Positions 20,261-30,961 of a stretch of DNA of 59,833 nt are shown here, in pieces. The notes under the pieces are model-generated. The model had not been told where the DNA came from. It saw only the letters and a program-made list of their open reading frames with translations, and did not search any database. Numbering within the stretch: the stretch's first letter is position 1; every line of letters begins with the position of its first letter. A program made the position numbers and the translations under genes. This DNA comes from a virus: IMG/VR virus record IMGVR_UViG_3300020185_000003; one strand, given 5' to 3'.

Positions 20261-21075
20261 TAGTAGGTATTGCGGGTCTCGCCATTTCAGCAGGGACAAC
20301 GGCTGTTTCCTTTATACAGGCGGGCAAATCAAAGAGAAAGCAACAGGAATACGAGGCTGAAGCAGATAAGGCTATGGCTGAGGCACGTAGACAATTGCAG
20401 GTTAATTATGCTAAGCAGATGTCCATTAAAAAAGAACCGTATGCTCAAGAGCGTTTGGCTATGCTTAGTCAAGGTCAGCAGGTTGTTAATGCAGCCTCTG
20501 AAAGTGATAGAGGCGCAGCATCTGCAGCAGGACAGGTCTTAATGGGACAACAAGCAGGACAGGCAGATATCACAAATCGTCAAGTAACCGACCTTCAGAA
20601 TATAGAGAACGCAATCTTAGAAGAGGAGTCTCGATTGAGAGATATCAATGTCGACTTGGATATGCAAGAGGTTGAAGGACAAATGGCAGCAGCAGCAGAT
20701 ATGAGAACACGGGCTGCACAACAGACACAACAAGGAATTCAAGGAATCGCAAACACTGCTCAGGCAGGACTTAGTATGATTCCATTATACTCACAAAATA
20801 CGGCAGCACAAAAGCAGGCTCTCAGTGGTGTTAGCCTGTCTTCAGACCAATTTCAACAAATTGGAAACGTTGGTGGTGATGCAGGGAGCAAGATTATGGG
20901 TGCTGCAGGAACAGATGGGTTTACAAATCTTGATTTAGGTGCGGTTGGAAACTTAACGAATCGACAGTTTAGACAACTCAAAAGAGAGTTGACACCACTA
21001 CAACGTCAAATGTTATTTCAGAACCCTCAGTATACTGCCAATTATCAAAATGTATTTAATCCAATAATCAGATAA
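20248..21075 (+). CDS. hypothetical virion protein with an N-terminal hydrophobic segment, Q/A-rich
   Basis: 275 aa, starting MSGLIVGIAGLAISAGTTAVSFIQAG. Confidence 0.65.
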   Translation: MSGLIVGIAGLAISAGTTAVSFIQAGKSKRKQQEYEAEADKAMAEARRQLQVNYAKQMSIKKEPYAQERLAMLSQGQQVVNAASESDRGAASAAGQVLMGQQAGQADITNRQVTDLQNIENAILEEESRLRDINVDLDMQEVEGQMAAAADMRTRAAQQTQQGIQGIANTAQAGLSMIPLYSQNTAAQKQALSGVSLSSDQFQQIGNVGGDAGSKIMGAAGTDGFTNLDLGAVGNLTNRQFRQLKRELTPLQRQMLFQNPQYTANYQNVFNPIIR

Positions 21076-21076
21076 G

Positions 21077-23038
21077 ATGGCAACAAAAGTTGGATACATA
21101 AGACAAGACCCTACTGAAGCAATTAATTGGGCTGAAGTAGGCGCAAACTTTTCGGGCATTCTAAAAGAAGAGGCTCGTGTAAGAGAGGAAAAAAAAGCAG
21201 AGATAGATAGAGCAACTCGTGAGATGGAACGGGTGCTACAGGATTCTCCTATGGGGGATTCCAAGAATATGAATGAGTGGTCTTTGAAGTACGCTTCTGA
21301 CGCTCAACAACAATTGCTAATGGTTAATACGCTTTTAAAAAGCGGTCAACTAAAACCAAAAGACTATACTGTTATTCGTCAGAACTTGGCTGACGGTACA
21401 GACCAAGCATTTACATTGGTTCAGGAATACCAAAATGAATACTCCGACAAGATGGCTCGAATGAAGGCTAAGTTTGGAGATGTTGGTCCTGATGGTAAAC
21501 CTATCGTTCCGTCTCAAGAATTAGAACAGTTCCTTATGGGTACTGCTGAAGGGTTTGGAAACTTTAATGCATCTGAACTTGTTATTAATCCAACATCAGG
21601 GAATGTGATGGTTGGATTCCGTAATGAGAACGGAGAAATTGAGTCTGACCCAAACAAGTTAGTTGGTATCAATAACCTACGAAACAGAATAAAAGGGAAG
21701 TTTGACCTGTATGATATGCAGGGGGCAATCACAAAAGCCAAGGCAGAAACCTTTGGACAGTTTCAACAGATTGATGCTAAGTTAGGAAGCCTATATCAAA
21801 AAGGATTGATTTCCACTATGAGTGGTCCTGCTTTTAGAAGCCCCTCAAATATTGCTGATATGGTATCAAAGGGATATATTACTGCAGAGGAAGGCAAGTT
21901 GATTGGTATGCAAGCCAAGACTGAGGACCTTTGGGCAGAAAGCCAATTATCAAACACTTATAATGTTACGTCTTTATTGACAAATAATTTAGGCGGAATT
22001 GCCCCTAATGGTCAACCATATAAATTCACATTTAAAGCGGATGAAGAGGACGATAACACCATTCTACTACAACAGGTAGATGGCGCAGTCGTTCCTAACT
22101 TTGATAGTGCAGTAGGTAAGGTGCATAAGCAAACTGCTAAAGACGGATTACTTGCAGCAACAAGAGGTGCATTAGACGTTACAGTTGCAGGTCAAGCGAT
22201 TAGTGGCACAACACCACCGCAACAACAACAATGGCAAGCAGCGAGAGGAGATGAGAAGAAGAAAGAAGCATCACTTGTAAGCACTTGGAATGAGATAGGT
22301 ATGAACCCTGATGTTACGGTTAAGAGAGCAAAACTACAGTCGCTTTTAGGTGACGAAAGAGTTAAGCAAAGCGGCTTGTTTGAAATAACTATGTCCGAAC
22401 CTGCTGCTGATGGCTCATTTACGGTTGATTTCGTATACCCTAATAACCCTGAAAGAAATAGACTCGGCATTGTTGTGGATGAAAATATGACGCTTGAAGA
22501 ATGGGCAGGTCTTGGTTCTGAAGTTCACGGAATCTCCGACCCTAAAGAAGCACTAAGAATTGGTGGTGGCGGTCAAGGAACTGACAAGATAAATGCTGCA
22601 GGATTCAAGGGTGGAGTTCAAGATAAAAGAGGAAACGTAGATTACACTTCTGCATTTACTAATTATTTAGATAAGTTTGCTCCGGCAGGAACAGATGATA
22701 GTGGTTATAGATATGCTACTTCGAGTAAGATTAACCTTTACCACGGACCTGATATAGTAATTCCTCAAATAAAGAAGGCATTCCCTGACTTAAATTTGGT
22801 TGTTACTAAGTATTCGAGTGATGAAATTGAAGTAAAAATACCCGGTTCAAAGGCTTCTTCTTTAATATTAGAAGTAGACCTTTATAAAACTGCAAATCAA
22901 GGGGCGGCTATATCTGCTCTTATGGACTATATTCGACAAAACACACCTAAGAGTTTGGTAGATGAGATTGGAAAGAAAAAAGGTTGGAAGTCTACAACAA
23001 GTAGCGGAAGCGGAAGTGGTGGCTCTGCTCCAAGATAA
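21077..23038 (+). CDS. hypothetical virion protein
   Basis: 653-aa ORF whose start is adjacent to the previous stop. Confidence 0.7.
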   Translation: MATKVGYIRQDPTEAINWAEVGANFSGILKEEARVREEKKAEIDRATREMERVLQDSPMGDSKNMNEWSLKYASDAQQQLLMVNTLLKSGQLKPKDYTVIRQNLADGTDQAFTLVQEYQNEYSDKMARMKAKFGDVGPDGKPIVPSQELEQFLMGTAEGFGNFNASELVINPTSGNVMVGFRNENGEIESDPNKLVGINNLRNRIKGKFDLYDMQGAITKAKAETFGQFQQIDAKLGSLYQKGLISTMSGPAFRSPSNIADMVSKGYITAEEGKLIGMQAKTEDLWAESQLSNTYNVTSLLTNNLGGIAPNGQPYKFTFKADEEDDNTILLQQVDGAVVPNFDSAVGKVHKQTAKDGLLAATRGALDVTVAGQAISGTTPPQQQQWQAARGDEKKKEASLVSTWNEIGMNPDVTVKRAKLQSLLGDERVKQSGLFEITMSEPAADGSFTVDFVYPNNPERNRLGIVVDENMTLEEWAGLGSEVHGISDPKEALRIGGGGQGTDKINAAGFKGGVQDKRGNVDYTSAFTNYLDKFAPAGTDDSGYRYATSSKINLYHGPDIVIPQIKKAFPDLNLVVTKYSSDEIEVKIPGSKASSLILEVDLYKTANQGAAISALMDYIRQNTPKSLVDEIGKKKGWKSTTSSGSGSGGSAPR

Positions 23039-23058
23039 CAATACTTATAAAATTCAAT

Positions 23059-26000
23059 ATGAACGAAGAGTACTTAAATAAGTTATATCAATGGGTATCC
23101 TCTATGGACAATACGTTTCAGGAGGATATGTCTATAGATATGTTTATGCAAAGAATGGCAGACCCTAACTATGCATCTAATATGTATAATTGGATTTCCT
23201 CAAAAGACGAAACATTCCAAACAGATATGCCGTTGGAAAACTTTATGAATAGAATCTCTAATGCTGATTCTATCGCACCACCAACTACATTAAAAAAAAA
23301 AGAAGATGGGACTTCGACATCTTTGGATACCACGTTACAATCAAACTTTCAGCAACCGACTGAAGAAGATTATTTTACAGGAGGATTTGGTGATTTCCTA
23401 AGAGGTATGGATGAAGTGATTCCTCTTGGAATCGGTGACTTTATTGATGACTTATCACGCTCTGTAGCGAGTGGATATCGCCAAGGTCAGTTATCTGAAA
23501 ACGCATCTGACTTATTGTTGCGTGGTTCTATGGCTACTGATGAAGACCTTCAAAGTTTTATTGCCGCAAATAAAGAGGCTCAAATGTTAGGTCCATCAGA
23601 TGAGATGATGGACTATCAGAAGACTTACGAAGAGAACGGCAAAGGAATCTTAGGCGTAATATTAGGCATTGCTAAAAACCCAACAGTCATTCCTGAACTT
23701 ATACTTAGTTCAATGACGGGTATGGCTACAAACACAGATGCATTAGCAGCAGGTGGGGCAGCCATTACGACAGGCGCAGGATATGGAGCAGCGACAGGTT
23801 TAGCAGCAGGTGGTGTAGGAGCAGCCCCGGGTGCTTTAGCAGGTGCGGCAGCCGCAATTCCTTATGCATTTGCAGCAGCAGGAACTGCAGTTGAAATGGG
23901 GGCAACCTTTGCTGAACTTTTACAGGAAGAGGTAGGAGACCAAGAACTAACTGCAGAGAATATCCGAGAGGTTCTTAACAACGAAGAGAAGTACACGAGG
24001 ATTAGAAATAAAGCATTGGCTCGTGGTATAACTATCGGTGCAATTGATGCGTTCACAGGTAAAGTTGGCGGTAAGGTTGCGAGTAAAATTCTCACCAAGG
24101 GTGGTAAGCAAGCAGCAAAGGAAGCCACTAAAGCAACTGTTGCTAAGTCTGTAGCCGCAGCATCAGGTATTGAGGCAGTGGGTGGCTCTGTTGGAGAGGC
24201 TACTGCAAGAGGGGTAATTGGTCAAGATATGGACGTATCAGAGATTGCTCTTGAAGGTATTGCAGAACTTCCCGGTGGTGTGAAAGATTTTGTTTCAGCA
24301 AGATTCAGCAGCCCAAAGTACAAGGTAAATGGAAGCAATGTAGACGCTGCATTTATTGACAACCTTATTGAAACGATGACGCTTGAAGAAATTCAGGCGA
24401 CTAAAATACAGATTGATAACGACTATGATGGAAGAGCAGGTAAACTGCAGGATAGAATTGTAGAGTTGTCTATTAAAGATGAGTTGATAAAAGCAAACCC
24501 CGAACTAAATACTACTACACTAAACGAGTTGACTAAACTTCAAATAGAGTTAGATAAGTTAGAGGGAAATAAAACTGAGGTTGGAAAGGCAAAGGCTGCA
24601 GACCTCAGAGAAAAAATTAAAGACCTTCAGGAAAACCAACTTGAAGAAGAGGTGGTGGCTGAGGTTGAAGAAGCCGTGGTGTCAGGAGTCCCTGAGTTTA
24701 ATGCACAAGAAGAGTTTAACCTTCTTGCTGACGAAGAGAAGGCATCCTACTTAGAGGCAGCAGGTGGAGACCAAGAGGTTGCAATACAATCTTTTGCTGA
24801 CGATGTGGCTTCATTGGAGCAAGACTTAGAATCTGAAAGCAGATTTAGTTTGACCGAAGAAGGCGATGGTTTGTTGCAAGCAGACGAACAAGATGTCGAT
24901 GCTATTGCAGAGGAAATGAATTTAATGGATGCTGATGAGGTAAACTTTGTTGCTCCTGAAGGTGAGACAGTTGTTGTTAACCCAATAGAGGAAAGCAATT
25001 CTTTAGAGACATTAACTGATGAGGACGTAAGAGAGTTAGGATTCGAAAGCACCGATGAAATGGTACAACCATTAGAGTCTTTTGAAGGTATACCAATGAT
25101 TACAGGTATTAGTGATATTGCTGCAGGGGGGACTATTTCTGATGCAACAGGTCAGCCTATGAATGCTAAGGGTGGTGTTATGTTTAATGCATTGGCTAAG
25201 GTTAAGGCTGCTTGGGCAGGTGTAGAGCGTTCAAAGTCAGAGACTCAATATAAAAAAGCAGTAGAACTATACAATAAAAACAAAGGTTTATTTGAAAGAC
25301 TTTGGGAGGAAGGAAGAATCCCTAACGGTCACGTACCTATGGCGATTGTCCGTATGTCTGATGACGCAGTAAACTCTAACGAGATTGTATTTAGATACTT
25401 ATCTCCTGAAGTAAAGGCTCAGCCCGAGGCAAATCAAAAGGCAGCGTTAAATGATGTCGTATCCAATCTGAAAAATAAAAAGGCTCCACAAAATAAACGC
25501 CTATTAGATTTCATAGCAAGGAAAGACATCTCCACATTGGGGCAGTTGCTTGACGCTATTGTTCAGGATGCAAATCTTCGTGCAAAAGGCGATGTTAAAA
25601 GCACACTTACATTAGACGAAAGAGCAGCAATGTTCTCGGAACTATCCACTGCTCCGGGTGTAAAGACTCCTAACAAGGCGTACTTAAAATCACTTTATGA
25701 AGGTGCGCCTAAAAATAACTCAACACTTTTTACTGCTGACAATATTTACAACGCCATTGGAGAACCTTCAATGATGAAGACTAAGAAGGGAGACATTGTT
25801 TCTATCGTTGGTATTGATGTAATAAATGGAGGAGTGATTGATATCGACCACCAAAACTATGGTACAGGACCAAAGGGTAGATTAATTGCCTTAGTGAAAA
25901 ATCCAACTAATGGTATAAATGTATTCCCCACTTGGAGGGCTAAGGCAAGCAGGGTATTTAAACCGAATAAAGCGGGCAAACGACCAAGTGATTTACAAGT

Positions 26001-29000
26001 TTCGGGTCAGACTATGGGTACTGCTGCATCAGACTTGGCGTTCCAAGGAGATAGACCAACTACAGTGATGACAGACTTTCAAATCTTGTTAGGCAAGTTG
26101 AAGTTTGCATTCCCTGATGTTGCCGTTGCAACTTCTATTGAAGAGTTCAATGATATCCTTCAGCAGCCCGGTGTAAGAACAAAGGTTTCTGAGGGCAAGG
26201 TTATTCTTGGTATGACCAAGGACGGAAAGATATTCTTAAACCCTGAGAGAGAATCATTGGCTACTCCTATTCACGAGTATGGTCACATTTGGATTGACTA
26301 CTTGCGTTCTAAAGCAAGCGGGGAAAAGGGAACTGCTTTATTAGAGAGAGGCTTGAAGTTGGTTGAGAATACTCAAGCACTGAAAGATGCCATTGCAAAA
26401 TACGGAGACACTAAACTTGCACGAGAAGAGGCATTGGTAGAACTTATGGCTACCAAGGGAAATACAATTATTGAAGCATCCAAGAAGTCTCAATTCAAAG
26501 AGTGGATGAACGCCACCTTTAAATACATTAAAGAGAAGTTCACTACATCTGATGAGTTGGCTACAGATGCTATTAAGAAAATGTCTCTTGATGAATTTAT
26601 CAATACAGGACTTGCCGACCTATTCAAGGGCAAAGCGGTAAGCACAAAATTCGATGCCGCTAAAGAGTCCAAGGGAATGATGCCGAGGTTTGAACTTGGG
26701 GACGATGTCGCTGCGTTTATTAAACAAGCAAGAGGTCAGGGAATATCAGAGGCTGCAATTAAAACTGCACTAAGAAGAAGAGGTGTTGATGTGGATGTGA
26801 TTGCATCAGCCATAGAAAAAACCAAGGGCAAGGCTGCAGTTCGTACTAAGGTTAGCGAGGAGTTTGCTCAAGGGTATGACCGTGTAATGAAAGAGATTGA
26901 CGGTATCATTGAAAAATCTAAGAAGCGTGGACGTACATATTCTCAGATTCCTAAGAATGTAATTGCATACTTAGAGGGAACAAAGTTATATGAGAACGCA
27001 ACCGATGTTCAGAGAGAGCGAATGATTAGAGATATCAGAAAGAAGTTTGGTATCAAAGAGAAGTCGGCTCCATCTGTTGGAAGAATACTTGGTACTATCA
27101 AGGATATCAAGAAGATTACCATTGCTGAAAAAGAATTATATATGCTTCGCTTAAAGGCTCTTAACGAGGGAGCGAAGAATGTAATTACGGCTATGTCTAA
27201 AGCATCTAAGTTGTTGAACGAGGAGATAAATGACTTAGTAAAAAGCGGACAGATTAGTACGCAACAAATGGCTAATGTTCTTTCTCGATTCAGTAAGGTT
27301 AATCTACTGAGCGATGTATCTATCGAAAGGTTTGTTGACTATATGTCAAAGGTATTTGCTAATGCAGAGTACGCTGAAATTATATCACAAGCAAATCAGA
27401 AACGTAAAGTTGCTAAAGCGAATGCTGCTACTAAGATTGGTATTGCTCAGGCTTTAAGTCCTCAGTTGCAGCGATTGTTTTCTATCAACCCAACTCTTAT
27501 CCCTGATGCGGTATTAGATAAGTACGTATCACTTGTTGAGATGTTTGGCAAGAGAGAGCGAGTCTTGACGCTACCTTCTATTGAAGAGGTGACTCAACTT
27601 ACAGAAGATGTACTGACTGCTATCAATGAAGAGCAATCATTGGTTCCTGAATTACAGGAAAGATATAACGACTACGGTAAGGTAATGAATGATGAGGGCA
27701 AGGTAGACTACGCAGCCACCATTAAGTCGATGCTAAAGGACGATGTCATCACGGATGAGGAGTACGAACTTATGAAGAAATATAAGTCCTCTATCGTCCC
27801 TAAAAAGGCTGCTGCCCCAATGTCAGAAGCCGAGATTGAAGAGAGAAGACAAGATATTATAAACGAAGTAAACCAAACTGAACTTGAATTCAGTGAGTTG
27901 CCGAGTAGAGAAGAGCGTGATTTAGCCGCAAAGTTAAAGCGTTTAATCCGAAGCGGTGCAATTGATGGTCTATCCCTTCCTGATTTGCAAAACCTTTCAA
28001 AGGTTATAGACAACATCAACAACGGATACCTTCCTCATTTTGCTGAGGTAATGGTAGAGAAGTTGAATGCGGTCAATGACGGAAAGAACCTTGCTTCTGC
28101 AATCAATAGGTCTAAGCCTTTGCCACTTACTAAGATTTATGCAAAACTAAAATCATTAGTGACTCGAAAGGATTCTATTGTTGAGATGATAAGACGTAAT
28201 CCGTTGTTCAATATCGACCAAGTCTTTGGGGATTTTAAAACCAAGGATATTTTTGAATCGGTATTTGGTGCTGCGTCAAGGGCGGTAGCAAAGTATACTA
28301 ATGAGTACAGTGTTATTCAAGGCAAAATTGAGAAGGCACAGAATGCGGTACAGAAATCTCTTGGAAGAGACTCTCTGAAATATACTATGTCAAAGTATAA
28401 GCAGATGGCTTACCTGATTCAGCAAGAGTTCTTGAGCAACCCGCAAAGCCCACAAGTAAATTCCGTTACAGGATTCCTTAAAGCAACTATAAAAAGGATT
28501 GACGATGGGACTACTCAGTTTAGTGAGCGTGACGCTGAAATGCTTCAATCTATCTTAAATGATTTTACTGATGCTGATGGTAATTTTGATAACGATGCTT
28601 TGTTTGATTCGTTTAATAATGCCGAAAAGGAATCTATCAAAACAATCCAAGAGATTAATAGTGGTCTCGGTTCTAAAGCAGAGTTCACTTCGTCTGTGAT
28701 TCGTGGAGATAAATTTAATCCACTAAATAACTATGTGCATTTGAATGTAATGCACGAGACTCAGCCAAGTGATATGATGAACGGACCTTCTTTTGTGGAG
28801 TCGTTTAACAATTCATTAAGACCAAGTACAAGAGCGAAGAATTTAATCGAGAGAACGGGTAAGGTATCCGCTTTGAACTTTGACGTTTATGCTTCGGTGT
28901 TGAAGGGTTCTAAGCAAACGCTTATGGACTTCCATCTTACTGAGCCAATCAGAACTGCAAGACGCACAATGAATCAGGCTGAGAAGAACCTTCAGGCTGA

Positions 29001-30771
29001 CGGAGAAAGAATGTCTTCAAGTAAGCGTAAAACTTTTAACGCAATCAAGTCTGCGTTTGAGGAGACTGTAGAAAACTTATTGACTAATTCATATGCTGAG
29101 AACACAGTGTTGGATGAGGCATTAGAGTTCTTGAAGAAGACGGGATACAGAACTATTCTTGCAGGAAGCGGAAGGTTCGTTGCAGAATTAACTTCTAACG
29201 TGAGTTTTGCGTTGCTCGTTGACCCTGTTGGATTTACTAATGGAACTAAAATAGTTCGCAAGATTAGTAACGACCAAGGACCAAGCATCCTAAGCAATCT
29301 AAACAGTGGTCAGACCACACGAATGTATAGCGATGGTCTTAGCGGAAGGATGGTAGACACCAATATTCTAAGCCAAGCAACAGGCACGAAGACACGTGGT
29401 GCTTCAACTAAAGCAGCGAACTTCCTTCGTAAGTATTGGGACAAGACAGGTCAGAGATATGTCAAGGGGGTTGAGTTTGTTGCTGATGCGATGATATCCA
29501 CACCTGATAAAATGGTGATGAGACCTATTTGGTTTGGAACCTTTGACTCTAAGTTCAAAGAGATTACAGGCAAGTCTCCCGACTTTGATAAGATAGCAGC
29601 GAATGATGAGGCTTATATGTCAAAGTATAAGGAAGCATTAAGTGCTTCTACAAAACACGCAGACAACCGTTCTGTATTAGCAGGTGCAACAGACAACGCT
29701 TTTATGGGTATCCTTAAAGGAACGTCTAAGCCAAATCAAAGCGCAATGCTAAAAGGTTTCAATGCTTTTAATGGCTTTATGACACGCTTCTTAATATTTG
29801 AATACGTGACTGCACGTACAGGTATTATGAATATGATTGGCAAAGGAGAACTGAATAAGAGACAGGGAGCAGCATTGATTGCCGGGGTTACATCTCGTAT
29901 GGTTCTGTATACCTTGATTGGTCAATACCTTTCACACGCACTTACAGACTTGTTTGATGATGAACCAATCGCAAGGTTGGCGGGAGAATCTAAGGAAGAC
30001 GAGATGAAGTCTTTTGACAAGGCTTTGGGTCAAGCATTTGCTTCAACGTTTACATCTCTTCTTTTTGGTCGTGACTTTGGTAATGCTACCAAGTCAATCC
30101 TAAACTCAGGCATCGAAGAGTTTAATAAAGAGCATTTAGATTTTCTTAGAGAAGGAGATTACGATGCGTACAGGGATGCTATACAATATACTGTTACTCC
30201 AAAATCAAAGGATGGAGGAGGCTCAGGCTTGGGTGACTACCTTATGAAGATGGGTGCTGCCTATGGTCCAATCTTAAAGACGACAGACTTGGTTATCAAA
30301 AAGATTACAGAGCCTGCCAAGAAAGAGGCTGATGCAATCAAGAGAAGCGAAGACGAGATGTACTACAGAGTACCTATGGAGATTCTTGGTAACCTTGGAT
30401 TCATTCCTTTGTATAAAGATGTTCGTAAGGTTGTGTTAGACCAAATCTATAGTGACCTTAGAAAAGCACAGGCAGACCTGAAGAACGCTAAGAAGACTAA
30501 AGAGGAAATGCTTCAGGGATACGATAGTGAAGGTGATATGAAGCGTTACGACTACAGGTTGTGGGAGAACACATTCGGTCCAAATTCACCTGACTATGAT
30601 GTTAGAGAAGCAGAAAAGAAACTAAAGGCTGCTGAGAGAAAGTTGAAGCAACAAATGAAAGATGAGTTGTACGACTATACGCCTCCGTCAAAAGGCGGAT
30701 GGAAAGAAGAGAAGTGGGATGATAATTTTGATTCAGATTGGGATGATAAAGAGTGGTCTAATGAATGGTAA
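23059..30771 (+). CDS. giant virion protein (ejection/internal or tape-measure-like) with an HExxH motif
   Basis: 2570-aa uninterrupted ORF. It has a tandem N-terminal duplication (LYQWVSSMDNTFQEDMSIDMFMQRM / MYNWISSKDETFQTDMPLENFMNRI), a Gly/Ala-rich hydrophobic stretch, HEYGH at 26272..26286, and a long helical charged remainder. Confidence 0.8.
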   Translation: MNEEYLNKLYQWVSSMDNTFQEDMSIDMFMQRMADPNYASNMYNWISSKDETFQTDMPLENFMNRISNADSIAPPTTLKKKEDGTSTSLDTTLQSNFQQPTEEDYFTGGFGDFLRGMDEVIPLGIGDFIDDLSRSVASGYRQGQLSENASDLLLRGSMATDEDLQSFIAANKEAQMLGPSDEMMDYQKTYEENGKGILGVILGIAKNPTVIPELILSSMTGMATNTDALAAGGAAITTGAGYGAATGLAAGGVGAAPGALAGAAAAIPYAFAAAGTAVEMGATFAELLQEEVGDQELTAENIREVLNNEEKYTRIRNKALARGITIGAIDAFTGKVGGKVASKILTKGGKQAAKEATKATVAKSVAAASGIEAVGGSVGEATARGVIGQDMDVSEIALEGIAELPGGVKDFVSARFSSPKYKVNGSNVDAAFIDNLIETMTLEEIQATKIQIDNDYDGRAGKLQDRIVELSIKDELIKANPELNTTTLNELTKLQIELDKLEGNKTEVGKAKAADLREKIKDLQENQLEEEVVAEVEEAVVSGVPEFNAQEEFNLLADEEKASYLEAAGGDQEVAIQSFADDVASLEQDLESESRFSLTEEGDGLLQADEQDVDAIAEEMNLMDADEVNFVAPEGETVVVNPIEESNSLETLTDEDVRELGFESTDEMVQPLESFEGIPMITGISDIAAGGTISDATGQPMNAKGGVMFNALAKVKAAWAGVERSKSETQYKKAVELYNKNKGLFERLWEEGRIPNGHVPMAIVRMSDDAVNSNEIVFRYLSPEVKAQPEANQKAALNDVVSNLKNKKAPQNKRLLDFIARKDISTLGQLLDAIVQDANLRAKGDVKSTLTLDERAAMFSELSTAPGVKTPNKAYLKSLYEGAPKNNSTLFTADNIYNAIGEPSMMKTKKGDIVSIVGIDVINGGVIDIDHQNYGTGPKGRLIALVKNPTNGINVFPTWRAKASRVFKPNKAGKRPSDLQVSGQTMGTAASDLAFQGDRPTTVMTDFQILLGKLKFAFPDVAVATSIEEFNDILQQPGVRTKVSEGKVILGMTKDGKIFLNPERESLATPIHEYGHIWIDYLRSKASGEKGTALLERGLKLVENTQALKDAIAKYGDTKLAREEALVELMATKGNTIIEASKKSQFKEWMNATFKYIKEKFTTSDELATDAIKKMSLDEFINTGLADLFKGKAVSTKFDAAKESKGMMPRFELGDDVAAFIKQARGQGISEAAIKTALRRRGVDVDVIASAIEKTKGKAAVRTKVSEEFAQGYDRVMKEIDGIIEKSKKRGRTYSQIPKNVIAYLEGTKLYENATDVQRERMIRDIRKKFGIKEKSAPSVGRILGTIKDIKKITIAEKELYMLRLKALNEGAKNVITAMSKASKLLNEEINDLVKSGQISTQQMANVLSRFSKVNLLSDVSIERFVDYMSKVFANAEYAEIISQANQKRKVAKANAATKIGIAQALSPQLQRLFSINPTLIPDAVLDKYVSLVEMFGKRERVLTLPSIEEVTQLTEDVLTAINEEQSLVPELQERYNDYGKVMNDEGKVDYAATIKSMLKDDVITDEEYELMKKYKSSIVPKKAAAPMSEAEIEERRQDIINEVNQTELEFSELPSREERDLAAKLKRLIRSGAIDGLSLPDLQNLSKVIDNINNGYLPHFAEVMVEKLNAVNDGKNLASAINRSKPLPLTKIYAKLKSLVTRKDSIVEMIRRNPLFNIDQVFGDFKTKDIFESVFGAASRAVAKYTNEYSVIQGKIEKAQNAVQKSLGRDSLKYTMSKYKQMAYLIQQEFLSNPQSPQVNSVTGFLKATIKRIDDGTTQFSERDAEMLQSILNDFTDADGNFDNDALFDSFNNAEKESIKTIQEINSGLGSKAEFTSSVIRGDKFNPLNNYVHLNVMHETQPSDMMNGPSFVESFNNSLRPSTRAKNLIERTGKVSALNFDVYASVLKGSKQTLMDFHLTEPIRTARRTMNQAEKNLQADGERMSSSKRKTFNAIKSAFEETVENLLTNSYAENTVLDEALEFLKKTGYRTILAGSGRFVAELTSNVSFALLVDPVGFTNGTKIVRKISNDQGPSILSNLNSGQTTRMYSDGLSGRMVDTNILSQATGTKTRGASTKAANFLRKYWDKTGQRYVKGVEFVADAMISTPDKMVMRPIWFGTFDSKFKEITGKSPDFDKIAANDEAYMSKYKEALSASTKHADNRSVLAGATDNAFMGILKGTSKPNQSAMLKGFNAFNGFMTRFLIFEYVTARTGIMNMIGKGELNKRQGAALIAGVTSRMVLYTLIGQYLSHALTDLFDDEPIARLAGESKEDEMKSFDKALGQAFASTFTSLLFGRDFGNATKSILNSGIEEFNKEHLDFLREGDYDAYRDAIQYTVTPKSKDGGGSGLGDYLMKMGAAYGPILKTTDLVIKKITEPAKKEADAIKRSEDEMYYRVPMEILGNLGFIPLYKDVRKVVLDQIYSDLRKAQADLKNAKKTKEEMLQGYDSEGDMKRYDYRLWENTFGPNSPDYDVREAEKKLKAAERKLKQQMKDELYDYTPPSKGGWKEEKWDDNFDSDWDDKEWSNEW

Positions 30772-30782
30772 AATAAAAAACT

Positions 30783-30944
30783 ATGCCCTTTAAAAGTGAA
30801 GCACAAAGGAGGTTTATGTACAAGAACCATCCTGAGATAGCAAAGAAGTGGGAGCAGGAAGAGAAGTGGGATAAGGCAACGAAGAGTCTACCCGAGCGTC
30901 TTGCTCCCAAAGGATATTGGAAGAGAAGAGATAGGAAAAGATAG
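30783..30944 (+). CDS. small basic protein (53 aa)
   Basis: Hand-translated as MPFKSEAQRRFMYKNHPEIAKKWEQEEKWDKATKSLPERLAPKGYWKRRDRKR. It is below the ORF-track cutoff. Its TAG overlaps the first base of PAL16 copy D. Confidence 0.45.
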   Translation: MPFKSEAQRRFMYKNHPEIAKKWEQEEKWDKATKSLPERLAPKGYWKRRDRKR

Positions 30945-30961
30945 TGTCTTCAAGGACACTA
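30942..30961. terminator. bidirectional stem-loop between the convergent late and early blocks
   Basis: TAG-TGTCTTCAAGGACA-CTA: both convergent stop codons are part of the palindrome. Confidence 0.45.
30944..30959. repeat. PAL16 copy D (GTGTCTTCAAGGACAC, one mismatch)
   Basis: Located at the convergence point of the two transcription blocks. Confidence 0.9.

Noticed and set aside
25016-25045. Other CUGAUGA occurrences (for example 25016, 19885, 23527, 24911 and the complement of 1578) as hammerhead cores.
   Set aside because: None is followed by a stem II hairpin plus GAAA, or flanked by complementary stem I/III strands. All lie inside well-supported coding sequence.
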